Source: Octopus vulgaris
Taxonomy: Eukaryota
Assembly (NCBI GenBank): GCA_951406725.2
Contig: OX597836.1
Span: 5,890,001 to 5,954,000, forward strand
Direction: 5' to 3'
Length of the DNA stretch: 64,000 nt
Under the pieces are notes generated by a model. The model worked only from the letters and a program-made list of their open reading frames with translations. It was not told where the DNA came from and searched no databases. The translations under genes and the position numbers were made by a program. Positions 14,769 through 27,330 of the stretch are shown here, in pieces (positions within the stretch are counted from its first letter, which is position 1; each line of letters begins with the position of its first letter).

Positions 14769-15529
14769 CAAAAGAGCTTTGCGATGGAAAACCAAAGCTG
14801 AATTATAAAATAAAAGTATAAAAGACAGAAAATAATGAACAGGAAGAGTTCTCAAATTAATGGCGACTTAACAATTGTCTCTCTCTTTTTTTTTTTTTAG
14901 TAGCGCTTTGTGGAGATTTTTTTCTTCTTTTTTGTGAGTGTGTGTGTGTTTGTGTGTGTGTGTGTTTGTGTGTGTGTGTATGTGTGTGTGTGTGATTTTT
15001 TTAAAACTATATTTCCAGCAATTGTTGGAACATTCCACACCATAATTTTCGAATAATTCGTGAAAGAGAACAAGATTAACTACATCGGTATACGAGTATA
15101 TATATATATCTATACACACACACACACGTATACATATATGTGCATATTTGCATATGTGCGTGTATATATATGTATATATATATATGTGTGTGCGTGTGTG
15201 TGTGTGTGTGTGTATGTGTGTATCTGTGTGTGTGTGCATGTGTGCATGTGCTTAATTATGTATGAACATGCACGCTTGCGTGTATTTATATAGATTCGTT
15301 TATATGTAAGCACCTATGTATATTTATATATGTATATGTGTAAAAGAGAGGAAGAGAGATAAACAGAAAGAGAGAGAGAGAGTGTGTGTGGTGTGTGTGT
15401 ATGTGTGTGTGCGCTTGTTTACGCTTGCAGATGTTTACATAAATGTTTTGGGGTATGTGTATGTTCTGTGGGTGCTTGACACTGTCGAGGCACCCTGTGC
15501 GCGTGTGTACGACTACGTATGTCCTCATT

Positions 15530-16028
15530 GCCTTAGAGTTTAACTTGCCCGGTCACAGACTTTGTAGGAGATTCCCTTGTTTTGTACACGTTCCTTTAAA
15601 TTTCAAAAAAGGTGTTGCAGACTTTTATAGTCCCAGATATCGTATTCATTACCAGAGTATGAATGAACGATTTGTATTCTCTGCCCAAGAAACCAAATTC
15701 AACGATACTATGCTCCAGATGGGTATGTAATCTGAGGGGTGGAGGGAGCAATAATAATAGGCATGGAGCTGAAATTGTATCTTGGGTGCTGGATTCGCAA
15801 AATCCTTTTCTATGGGCCATAGAACTCCTCTTATCCTTGTATTTGTCTAAGCACATTGGCACCTAGAAGACAACCGATTTCCACAACAGTTCATTTCCTT
15901 CTCGTCCTACACAACAATCTGTCCTGTTGTCTTTTAACTTGTTGGCTCATTTCATTTTGAGCCATCGTTCTCAGTATAACCAGCATCTTTTGATGTTTTC
16001 TTTTTGTTATCCTGTTCCAGACTGTTCT
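15530..16028 (-). mobile_element. R4/Dong-like non-LTR retrotransposon 3' fragment (restriction-like endonuclease domain), decayed
   Basis: Minus-strand translation across frameshifts: KLKDNRTD(I)VV*D..TVVEIGCLLGANV...EEFYGP*KRILRIQHPRYNFSSMPIII...EFGFLGREYKSFIHTLVMNTISGTIKVCNTFFEI*. Resembles the HNRPDIVVWD..VVEI..P..N..K..Y..PIIIG REL motif. Confidence 0.7.
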
Positions 16029-16029
16029 T

Positions 16030-16061
<32 letters not shown>

Positions 16062-16309
16062 TGTATGTATGTATGTATGTATGTGTGCAAATTTGTATGT
16101 TTTGCTTCATGTATGTATTCTCATGCATATAGTTGCATATCTAGACATGTTCAAATGTACTTAAATGATAAACTTCTGGAAGGTTTATGTATGAACGTAT
16201 GTATGCATGTATGTATTTATGTATGTATGTTGATTTCCACAACTGTTCACAAGTGTTTATATTCTACAGAGGTTTTCACTGGAACATTCCATCAGAACTG
16301 CGTATATTT

Positions 16310-16341
<32 letters not shown>

Positions 16342-16530
16342 TGTATGTATGTATGTATGTATGTATGTATGTATGTATGTATGTATGTATGTATGTATGT
16401 ATGTATGTATGTGTGCATGTATGTACTTACTTACGTACGTACATGCGTTTGTATGTATGTGTGTACGTACGTACGTACGTACATACGTATGTATGTATGT
16501 ATGTATGTATATGTGTATGCATACATGTCT
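16030..16530. repeat. (TATG)n arrays with embedded R4/Dong-like 3' UTR remnants
   Basis: 16086-16185 matches 45272-45365 (GCATATAGTT.CATATCTAGACATG...AACTTCTGGAA). Confidence 0.75.
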
Positions 16531-16621
16531 GAAGAACGAGCAGGTTTTTAACAACTATACTACGTTCCATCTTTGGAATATAGATAACGAAAGCAATGTC
16601 ACATTTTAAACCTGAGGAAAG

Positions 16622-16685
<64 letters not shown>

Positions 16686-16703
16686 AGTGTGTGTGCATGC
16701 ATA

Positions 16704-16929
16704 CCAGCCTCCCCTCTTCATGCCACCAGTGTTATCCAAGGGAAAGGGAAAAGGCTGATACAGCTTGGCACCAGTGACGTCGCAACTCATTTCTACAGCT
16801 GAGTGAACTGGAGCAACGTGAAAATAAAGTGCCTTGCTCAAGAACACAACACGCAGCCCGGTTCGGGAATCGAACTCACAACCTCACGATCGTAAGCTCG
16901 AATCTCTAACCACTGAGCCGTGTGCCTTC
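16704..16929 (-). mobile_element. SINE family C variant
   Basis: Reverse complement has GAAGGCACACGGCTCAGTGGTTAGAG head, GAGTTCGATTCCC and GTGTTCTTGAGCAAGGCACTTTA. Same subtype as 29459-29680. Confidence 0.8.
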
Positions 16930-17494
16930 AGACACACATACGAACACACACACATCTACATATATATATATTTATCTTTATACACGCACACTCACAGACA
17001 TATATATATATATTTGCATTTAAATATACCTATATACGTATATAGTTGAGAGAATGAGTGTGTGTGTGTATATCTGTGTGCGCACGAATACATATGCATG
17101 TATATGAAAATGGGCATATATCAAGTATACGTCCTACTGACAGGTAGTGGCCTTGTCTTTTACACACACACACACAGACACACACAGAGGCACTCATGCG
17201 CACTGTGCCATCATGCGACTACGACGGATCAACGTTATTCCATTCAAAATACACGTGTCCGTAGAACCGTCATCTCTCATCCGTGGAAACTGTTTCTATA
17301 TCGGATCATCAGTGTTATACCTCTCTCTCCCTCTATCCTACACACCCTCTCTCTCCATCCTACTCTCTCTCTCTCTCTCTCTCCCTCCTACTCTCTCTCT
17401 GACTATCTGCCTCTCTCCCCGTCACCCTCCTCACATCTCTCTCTCTCTCTTTCTTTCTGTCTCTCTGACTATCTGCCTCTCTCCCCGTCACCCT

Positions 17495-17542
<48 letters not shown>

Positions 17543-17876
17543 TTAGAATCAGACTTCGTATAGTGAGATTTTCGAAGATGAATTAAAACTGCATAGAAGA
17601 ACCAGATACGAAGCCATATTGATAAGCGCCAGCAACGGTGCAGTTGCATTCAGTTTTATGCGTGACAACTGAAGCGCGTGCATGCACGTGGAGGTGGTCT
17701 TTGATGCAATCTTTAGCAATTAGTTCGCCGACCATGTTGTCGTCTTCGTTCTTCGTCGTTTTTCTCCTTCGCTGTGTCATCCTGAACCAGCAAAACCTCG
17801 ATCATGTGTTCCAGGCATGAAGTTCTATCATTTTAAGGGTTTTGTCTCTGTCTCTATGTTTCTCTGTATCTTTCTC

Positions 17877-17936
<60 letters not shown>

Positions 17937-18111
17937 CTCTCATTCTCTCTTTCATTTTCTTTCTTCTCAGACTCAGACATGCATGCCAATACATATTTAT
18001 GTAACATACATATATTGCTAGATTGTTCGCTAGATAGAGAGATAGTTTGACACGCACATACATGCCTACATATAAACATTCACACATACACGTATAAAGA
18101 CATACACACAT

Positions 18112-18156
<45 letters not shown>

Positions 18157-18158
<2 letters not shown>

Positions 18159-18305
18159 GGAGTAAACACATAAATGTGAAACAAGGTGGAAAAAAGAGTA
18201 CTCAAATACCAGTGGTAGAGTAATATGCTTTATTTAAAGCAGCAGAAAATTCAACAAAACCTGTTACTCTGAGTTTCCCGTTGCCGTTCATCGGACAGTT
18301 TTTGC

Positions 18306-18306
<1 letters not shown>
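18157..18306 (-). mobile_element. hammerhead-bearing element family P1, flanked both sides by (TA)n
   Basis: Nearly identical to 32963-33112. Minus-strand core AAAACTGT-CCGATGA-A-CG-GCAA-CG-G-GAAA-CTC-A-GAG-TA-ACAG at 18256-18303. Confidence 0.8.
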
Positions 18307-18347
<41 letters not shown>

Positions 18348-18352
18348 TATAT

Positions 18353-18570
18353 AATAAATCCCCACAAAACAAAGAACAAACACAAGAAAAACACAACGCG
18401 AGGTTGTGGTGCATGCGAAGTATTAGCAGACGCTCGGGGAAGGAAAGAAAGGTGGGTTTATGTTTCGAGCAAAGGCTCTTCTTCAGAAACAGGGGACAGA
18501 GGACAGTCCAAGGGAAAAGGAAAACGAAGGGGAAAAAAATCGCCAATGATTCACATTTGGTTACATTTAT
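18353..18570 (-). mobile_element. hammerhead-bearing element family P2
   Basis: Minus-strand GTTT-CTGAAGA-A-GAGC-CTTT-GCTC-GAAA-C-ATA-AAC at 18456-18490. Homologous to 58052-58260. Abuts (TA)n. Confidence 0.7.
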
Positions 18571-19127
18571 ACGCAAATTCATTGTGTAATGTTTCCTGTC
18601 GTCTTTTAAGGTGCCAGCGTTGGAGGGGATCCCCGAGGGTTCTCTCTTGTGGTTTGCCGTTGCACATCCCTCGCGTTGGTTAACTGAATATCGTGCTGTG
18701 TCACCGAATGGTTTACGAAAACTGGCACGGTTGATTGCATGGTGTGACGTATCACAGTAGGAGTTACGCGATTGGATTACAGTTACATGTCACGTGCAGT
18801 AATTAATTTCGTGTTGTGTAATGCATCAATGGAGTTTTACATCACTGCTTTTCCGTCTGAAACAGCATCCATAGAGCGGTCAACCGCTTCGTCATGTGCG
18901 ATGTCACAACACGATTGTGGCTCCACCGATGTTCTGTTACATCACACTTGCATTGATTGAGTGACATGATGCGTTGTGTCACACTGTGATTGCATCCCTG
19001 TCTTGTTGTTACATCACAGATGCAGTCATTGATAAACAAGATATGCAATCTAGCAACAGGTTTACTGCACAGGCGTCCTCTATAATCAAATCGCTGTCTA
19101 AAGTATATCCGTCTATACGCGATAGTG

Positions 19128-19853
19128 AAGATGCGTGGCTAAGCGGTTACGGTATCCAGCTCAAGATCATAACATCACGAGTTCGATGCATGGCGTTAGT
19201 TTGTGTCCTTGAGCAATACACTTTATTTCACAGTTTATTCACGCAGGTAGACCGATCTTACGTTACAAGGATGTTTGCAAAAGGGACATGAAGGCCTGCA
19301 ACATCAATATTAGCGGTTAGGAGGCAGTTGCCGGCAACCGTGGAGAATGGCGACGTACCGTAAAAGAGGGAATACAAAGGAGTGACAGAGAGAGATATGA
19401 GAAATGGAAAGAAAGGAAGAGACGTAAACAAGAAACTATGGCATTACAACCAGCCAGGAACAGTCTTCGCTACATTTGCGGTACCTGCCAGAGGGAGTGT
19501 TTGTCCAGGATAGGACTACACAGCCACAGCAGGAAATGTATCAGGACATGAAATATAAAAGCCGGACTAGACTACTTCATGCGCAACTCCATTGTCTCCC
19601 GAGACAGAAAGGATGCCAACCAACCAATTCACGCAGGCAAAAAATACTCCAGTTCACTCATCTGGCAAAAATGAATTGTACCTGTAATTCAAACGGGCCA
19701 GTCTTATTGCACTCTGTGACGCGTTGAATCTCCCCGAGAACTACGTTAAGGGTACGCGTGTCTGTGGAGCTACTTTGTGCGTTAATTTCAAGAGCAGGCT
19801 GTTCCGTTGACTGGATCAAACTGAACTCCCGCCGTTGTAACTCACGGAGTGTC
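19128..19853 (+). mobile_element. SINE family C interrupted by an RTE LINE insertion
   Basis: 5' part 19128-19236 and 3' part 19645-19853 align to 6009-6331. Confidence 0.75.
19248..19626 (+). mobile_element. 5'-truncated RTE-clade LINE with 11-bp TSD
   Basis: Translation GRPILRYKDVCKRDMKACNINISG*EAVAGNRGEWRRTVKEG...YICGTCQRECLSRIGLHSHSRKC, a typical RTE C-terminus with CxxC..HxxxC knuckle. Short (CCAA) tail; TSD ATTCACGCAGG at 19237-19247 and 19627-19637. Confidence 0.85.
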
Positions 19854-19982
19854 AATCAGTAGATTTTATTTGATTAGTATTGTAATAGTTGGGTTATTTT
19901 GTAAACTGGGTTATTTTGATATTTAATTTTTTTTCTCATCAATTTCTTGTTTTTAATTAATCATAATTTTAATTTTTCACAC

Positions 19983-20181
19983 AAGGCCATTAATTTCATT
20001 GGGGTGGATGTTAAGTCGATTAAATCGACGCCAGTGCTCAACTGGTACTTATCGACTCCGAAAAGGATGAAAAGCGAAGTCGACCTCGGCAGAATTTGAA
20101 CTCAGAACGTAATAAACCGGATGGAATGCCACAAAGCGATTTCGTCCGGCGTGGTACCGCTTCTGCCAGTTCGCCGCCTTC
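19983..20181 (-). mobile_element. SINE family B
   Basis: Reverse complement of family B head and central domain. Confidence 0.75.
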
Positions 20182-20199
20182 GATACTGTACTTTTTTTA

Positions 20200-20390
20200 T
20201 TCATTTACTTGTTTCATTCACTTGCCTGCGGCCATACTGGAGCACCGCCTTTAGTCGAGCAAATTGACCCCAGGACTTATTCTTTGCGAGCGTAGTACTT
20301 ATTTTATCGGTCTCTTTCGTCGAATCGTTAGGTTACTGGGACATAAACACGCCAGCATCGGTTGTCAAGTGATGGTGGGGTGACAGACAC
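20200..20390 (-). mobile_element. SINE family A, 3' half
   Basis: Reverse complement of family A tail. Confidence 0.8.
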
Positions 20391-20657
20391 ACACACATAC
20401 ACACACACACATACAGACAGATACACACACAAACACAAACACACATATATATATATATATACACGCCGGGTGTTTTTCAGGTTCCGCCTACCATATATAT
20501 ATATATATATATATATATACGTATGTATGTATTTGTGTGTCTGTGTTTGTCCCCCACCATCGCACGACAACCGATGTTGGGGGTACTCATATACCATGGT
20601 TTCAGTTAATATTTACAATAATATCTTATTTCGAATGTAAGCATCCGAATATTTGCT

Positions 20658-20689
<32 letters not shown>

Positions 20690-21261
20690 CATGAGGGTGT
20701 GTGGGGAGGGGCGGGTCTGTGTTTGTATCCTCCCTAGCTTGTTAACAGGTGTTGGTTTGTTTACATCCCCATGAATTGGCGGTGTCACAACAAGGCAAAG
20801 CAGACCGGTGCACTGGATGCAAACATTCAGCATGCATGCGCACGCTTCTTAATGCTTCTCTTTCCCCATCTCTCTCTCTCTACCTCTATCACTCTTTTCT
20901 ATTTCTCTATCTACCTGTCTGTCTGACTGTCTGTATGTCTATTTATCTATCGATCGATTGATCGATCTATTTATTTTATCTCCGATTTTTCTGCTTACAG
21001 CACCAAAATTTATATTCAATGTCAGTTCTACTTTGTCAAAGAGCTTCAGAAATCAGTGTGAGAGAATTTTCCTTTTCCATGTTTCGTTTACCTTTTCCTA
21101 GTTTTCAAGATACATAAAAATGAAGCAGAAAATGAAACAGAGTTAAATATTCGAAAAATTTCTTATCTGTGATTATAAGTTAGTTGTCAAATAGAAGAGA
21201 AACAAACTCTCCATTTTATTTAAAGGTCTCAATGACAAAGCGCCGTGATGACAAATATTTC

Positions 21262-21747
21262 AGTATCGAACCGGCGACGTAAAGACAGACGAAATCCCGC
21301 TAAGTATTTTACCTGGCGCGCTAAGGATTTTTATTTCTTTATTACCCACAAGGGGCTAAACATAGAGGGGACAAACAAGGACAGACAAACGGATTAAGTC
21401 GATTATATCGACCCCATTGCGTAACTGGTACTTAATTTATCGACCCCGAAACGATGAAAGGCAAAGTCGACCTCAACGGAATTTGAACTCAGAAAGTAGC
21501 GGCAGACGAAATACCTATTTCTTTACTACTCACAAGGGGCTACACACAGAGGGGACAAACAAGGACAGACAAAGTGATTAAGTCGATTACATCGACCCCA
21601 TTGCGTAACTGGTACTTAATTTATCGACCCCGAAAGGATGAAAGGCAAAGTTGACCTCGTCGCAATTTGAACTCAGAACGTAGCGGCAGACGAAATACGG
21701 CAAAGCATTTTACCTGTCGTGCTAACGATTCTGCCAGTTCGCCGCCC
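21262..21747 (-). mobile_element. SINE family B tandem multimer (184-bp internal unit)
   Basis: Unit repeats at 21332 and 21516; head ends at 21747. Confidence 0.85.
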
Positions 21748-21995
21748 TCGGATGAAAGACGTATTGAAAGAGGGAATCTAATGATTCATACCAACTTTTA
21801 AATAGTTAAATCTGGTACATACTAGTGTAGTGTTCCTCAACCATTTTTGCCTATGGACTACATTGATTCTTATTTCAATCGCATGGACCCTGGCGCCATT
21901 CCGTGTTTGAAACATTCTATTATAATTTTATAATTGAATATTATTAGGAATTGTGTTTTAAGAAAATGTTTTTTCAATATTTTGAGCAGAGTAAA

Positions 21996-22380
21996 GCGGC
22001 GAGCTGGCAGAAACGTTGGCACGCCGGGCGACATGCTTAGCGGTAGACGAAATACCGCTACGTTCTGAGTTCAAATTCCGCCGAGGTCGACTTTGCCTTT
22101 CATCCTTCGGGTTCGATTAAATAAGTACCAGTTACACACTGGGGTCGATATAATCGACTTAATCCGTTTGTCTATCCTTGTTTGTCCCCTCTATGTTTAA
22201 CCCCTTGTGGGTAGTAAAGAAATTGGTATCTCTTCTGTGTTCACGTTCTGGGTTCAAATTCCGCTGAGGTCGACATTGCCTTTCGTTCTTTCGTGGTCGA
22301 AAGATTAAGTACCAGTAAAACACTGGGGTCATTGTAATCGTCTAGTTCCCTATTACACAAATTTCAGGCTTTGTGCCTGA
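21996..22380 (+). mobile_element. SINE family B tandem dimer
   Basis: Head GCGGCGAGCTGGCAGAAACGTTGG followed by two B-box/central-domain units. Confidence 0.85.
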
Positions 22381-22452
22381 TTGATAGATAGATAGATAGA
22401 TAGATAGATAGACAGATAGATAGATAGATAGATAGATAGGTAGGTAGGTAGG

Positions 22453-22497
<45 letters not shown>

Positions 22498-22514
22498 GGA
22501 TGGATGGATGGATG

Positions 22515-22567
<53 letters not shown>

Positions 22568-22870
22568 GTAGGTAAGTAGGTAGGTAGGTAGGTAGGTAGT
22601 TGGATGGATAGATAGAAAATATGAAAGATTGAAGAAAGGGTTAAAGAGGAAAAGTTCAAGATAGAAGAAAAATTGTGATGAGGAGTGAGAAGTGTGAAAG
22701 AGAAAGAAAAATGAAAAGGAAAAACATTTTGAAGAAAAGAAAAAAAGAAAGAAGGAAAGGTAGGAAGGAAGTAAAGAAAGAACGAAGGAAGAGAGAAAGA
22801 AAGAATGAAGGAACGATAGACAGAAGGTAGAGGACAGGAAGAAAGGCAGCCAGGAAGGAAATTTATTGGA
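22380..22870. repeat. (GATA)n/(GGTA)n/(GGAT)n arrays and purine-rich tract
   Basis: Directly visible. Confidence 0.95.
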
Positions 22871-22975
22871 ATCGAAGGCAAAAAAATGTTAACTAGAATT
22901 GACTGTTATTATAGGTTTGTGTGTGTGTATATTTGTGTCTTTATATATAGATATATATATATGTGTGTGCGAGTA

Positions 22976-23008
<33 letters not shown>

Positions 23009-23149
23009 GCGTATGCCATTCTCTCGTCTTTTTCACGTTGTCTTGTCTCTCTCTCTCTCCCTCTCTCGCTCTCACGTTGTCTTGTCTCTCTCTCTCTCTC
23101 TCTCTCTTCGTCTCCCTGTCTTTCTTTCTCCCTTTCTCTCTCTCGCTCC

Positions 23150-23256
<107 letters not shown>

Positions 23257-23612
23257 CATCCATCTATCTATCTGTCTATCTATCTATTTATCTCTCTCTC
23301 TCTATCTCTCCCTCTCTCTATCTATCTCTCCCTTTCGTCTTCCTCTGTCGATTTTTCGCTCACAACGTTTAGTTTGCTGATATGAACCAGTTTCTGTCTA
23401 CACCATAATACAGTAGCTGGGAAATAAACCTATTGCTATGACAACTGTATCAGAACACACCTCTTACTGTGTTCCTATGCATAGCTCATCCCGAACCTCC
23501 ATCAGTGATACCACAACCATCATCATCATCATCACCACTGTCATCACCACAACACAACAACGAACACCGCCGAAATAATCACCAGCAATCTCTATTTCCC
23601 TTCAAGCTTTCG

Positions 23613-23724
<112 letters not shown>

Positions 23725-23738
23725 TTATCTATCTCTTA

Positions 23739-23782
<44 letters not shown>

Positions 23783-23866
23783 TCATCATCTATCTATCTA
23801 TCTATCTATCTATCTGTCTGTCTATATATCTATCCATTTATCTATCTAACTGCGCATCTGATTATC

Positions 23867-23904
<38 letters not shown>

Positions 23905-24868
23905 TTCTACTTATCTACCTATGTATTTACCTATGGATCCATCATCTATCTATCAATCTATATACAAACACACACACACACACACATATATATATACATA
24001 TACAGCTATATAGCTATTTCTCTCTCTCTCCTCATCTATCTTTCTATTCTTAAGTCTATCTATATATACATCTATACATAAATCGTTAAAAATTCCTCAG
24101 CTAGATAATACCAAAAGAAATTCTTCCTTTGCTTATTTCCTTGCAAGTTGAACGAAACAAAACACATTTTGTTGTACTCATACCTCTAGTACAGTATGTT
24201 ACCTAGCGATGACGTTATTAACTAATTTGATTGCTTTAATTAAAATGCCCTAAAATCTCCCAAAATATAATCTAAATATCAACGAATCTGTATTAGACGT
24301 GTTAGCGTCAGCGTGAGTGTGTGTGTGTGAGTATATATACGTATATATTTGTTCGTATGTTCATTCATGTGTGAGTGCACTTGCTATGTTGTTTCACGAA
24401 AACAGATACCAATATACGGGTCAGTGTTAAACAGAAGAGATGTCGCAAGTCTTTACAACACCACAAGCACTGAGAAACCAACGCCAAAAGCGACGACACC
24501 CGCGTGACACAATTATATCGTAATTTACTGAGGATTAACGCCATGAAACGCCGTCCTATAATAAATACTCTGTGGTCAGCCTCTCTGAACACAACAGCAA
24601 CACAGCTCTGACCCACAACACTGACCCACACGGACACACGAACAGGCAGACGCACAAACACCGAGAAACACATACACACGCACAACACGAATACATCATC
24701 AAGGTGCCAACGAACACGTAACAGGCATAACAGTAACCTACAAGCAAAGATCATAAGATAAACAAGGTCACAACAATGACAGACATGTCATTCAAAACAG
24801 CAAACGACACGTCATCAACACGCAAACTGAGCGACACCCCAAAAAGCAACTGACTGATACCCTAACAC

Positions 24869-24913
<45 letters not shown>

Positions 24914-24952
24914 TAATAATAATAATAATAATAGTAATAATAACAATAAAAA

Positions 24953-25240
24953 TTTCTACTACAGGCACAAGACCTGCACTTTTGGGGAAGGGTGCTAGTC
25001 GATTGCATCCACCACAGTACTCAGTAGGTACTCATTATATCGACTCCGAAAGGTTGAATGGTAAAGTCGACGTCGGTGGAGTTTGAACTCAGAACTTAAA
25101 GACGGACGTTGCTCCTGTTCGCTAAGCTAGCAAAAATGAGTAATCCTGTGACAGAGCGGTGTCCCGTTCAAGTGGGGGTTATTTGCACCACGGAAACCGG
25201 GAAACCGACCCTATGAGATTGTATGGACTCAGGAAGGGTC
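24953..25240. mobile_element. SINE B fragment (minus) adjoining a C/D-type tail (plus)
   Basis: Family B central domain reversed at 24953-25108; GCAAAAATGAGTAATCCTG...GGAAACCGGGAAACCG at 25125-25240. Confidence 0.6.
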
Positions 25241-25771
25241 TATTCTATATCTGTAAAGTACCACTTATACGCTATTAAAGCATCACTGACACTTGAAGAA
25301 CACAACGCTAAGACGGCAATAACATACAACTAATACACCACAGACATACAATGGCAAACCAACAGCTGCACACGCCACTCATAATCCGACGACATACCAT
25401 TTCTGTCAGAGTTGGATTCACGATTAAGCAAAATAATCACGTGCTTAGGGCATCAAGGTAAGGAAGGGTCACCATAGGAATGGTAAATGGCTCACAGCAC
25501 AAAAGATATCACTTAAACTTATTTAAAACAATATTCGGAATGCCCTGTCTCAATTAAGTAGAATTGTTACGTAAGATTAATTTTGAGTATCTGATCAAAG
25601 ACTTTACTATTAAAAAAAAAATAAGAGAAAACATTTTAAATATAAATAAAGTGGGAGTATGCAAAAATAAACTTTATTTTCTCTCTTACTGTTATTCTGT
25701 TTCATTTTCAAAACTAAGAAATTATTTTGATTTATTAGTGTTTATATTTTGAATTATATATATTACGTAGA

Positions 25772-26000
25772 GGCGCAATGGCCTAGTGGTTAGGGCAGCG
25801 GACTCGCGGTCGCAGGATCGCGGTTTCGATTCTCAGACCGGGCGTTGTGTGTGTTTATTGAGCGAAAACACCTAAAAGCTCTACGAGGCTCCGGCAGGGG
25901 GTGGTGATCCCTGCTGTACTCTTTCACCACAATTGCGGTGCCCCAGCATGGCCACAGCTCAAGAGCTGAAACTGGAAAAACAAAACAAAACAAAACAAAA
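25772..26000 (+). mobile_element. SINE family D head fused to family A tail
   Basis: GGCGCAATGGCCTAGTGGTTAGGGCAGCGGACTCGCGG..GGTTTCGATTC head, homologous to the reverse complement of 49600-49887. From 25934 it continues GCGGTGCCCCAGCATGGCCACAGC...GAAAC, the family A tail, then (CAAAA)n. Confidence 0.8.
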
Positions 26001-26129
26001 TATATGGAGCCCCCAAAATCATTTAAGTGCTTAGGGCCTCTATTGGTCTTAATCCGGCTCTGCGTATACAAAACACGAGCATAACACTGACACACCAACC
26101 AACTCAGCACTGACAAACCACTAACGTTT

Positions 26130-26360
26130 CTTATTTCTTTATTGCCCACAGGGGGCTAAACATAGAGGGGACAAACAAGGACAGACAAACGGATTAAGTC
26201 GATTACATCGACACCAGTGCGTAACTGGTACTTATTTAATCGACCGCGAAAGGATGAAAGGCAAAGTCGACCTCGGCTGAATTTGAACTCAGAACGTAAC
26301 GGCAGGCGAAATACCGGTAAGCATTTCGCCCGGCGCTCTTACGTTTCTTCCAGCTCGCAG
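26130..26360 (-). mobile_element. SINE family B
   Basis: Reverse complement of family B consensus. Confidence 0.85.
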
Positions 26361-26683
26361 CTTTTAACATTTCTGACATACTTCTGATAGACAGCACTGT
26401 TACACAACCAACAGAGTACAGATGCACAATGACAAGTCAGTAACACAATACGCTAATGATATTCCAACGCCATACCATGTACACAACACATGTACACCAT
26501 TGACACGCGAAGTAACTCAGCGCTGACAGATATCTCTAACATCACGGACACACTTCTGGTATGTATGCCACTGTTATACATCTAAGGTACAACCAACAGA
26601 ACACTGACGCACAAATTACAGATCAATGACACATCGTAAATACGGTGCTGTACCGAAGAAATAACAACGACTACACTGACACA

Positions 26684-26743
<60 letters not shown>

Positions 26744-26936
26744 CTAACATAGCACCAACACATTGCCGAAAAAACCGTAAAAAAAACTGGCACACCACTG
26801 ACTCACATTAATTCTCACCGCTACCAACACACCGCCAAAGGACCAGATGCATACCTGAACACCAACTCTGCCCACAGCAGAAAGACATCGACCCCTTTCT
26901 GACACGTTTTAACTCGGTATAAATATACCGCTATGT

Positions 26937-27330
26937 GCGGCGAGCTGGCAGAACCGTTAAGATGCTGGGCAAAATGCTAAGCGACATTTCGCCTATCTTT
27001 AGATTCTGAGTTCAAATTCCGCCGAGGTCGACTTTGCCTTTCATCCTTTCGGGGTCGATGAATTAAGTACCAGTTGCGTATTGGAGACAGGGTCCCTCCC
27101 CAATAAGTTCAGGCCTTGTGCCTAGAATAGAAAAGGAACGTTGGCCCGTCGGGCGAAGTGTTTAGTAGTATTTCGTCTGTCTGTATGTTCTGAGTTCCAA
27201 TTCCGCCGAGGTCCACTTTGCCATCCATCCTTTCGGGGTCGATATATTAAGTATTAGTTGCGTACTAGGGTCAATCTAATCGACTGGCCCCTTTCTCCAA
27301 AATTTTGAGCCTTGTGCCTGGAGTAGAAAA
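26937..27330 (+). mobile_element. SINE family B tandem dimer
   Basis: Two consecutive B-box/central-domain units. Confidence 0.8.

Noticed and set aside
25772-25845. tRNA gene-like sequences at SINE heads (also 6009, 8971, 29459, 49887, 50164)
   Set aside because: A/B boxes are present but no complete cloverleaf, and each continues into a SINE body.
25407-26062. Possible hAT MITE enclosing the SINE at 25772
   Set aside because: Ends only loosely complementary and no matching 8-bp TSD.
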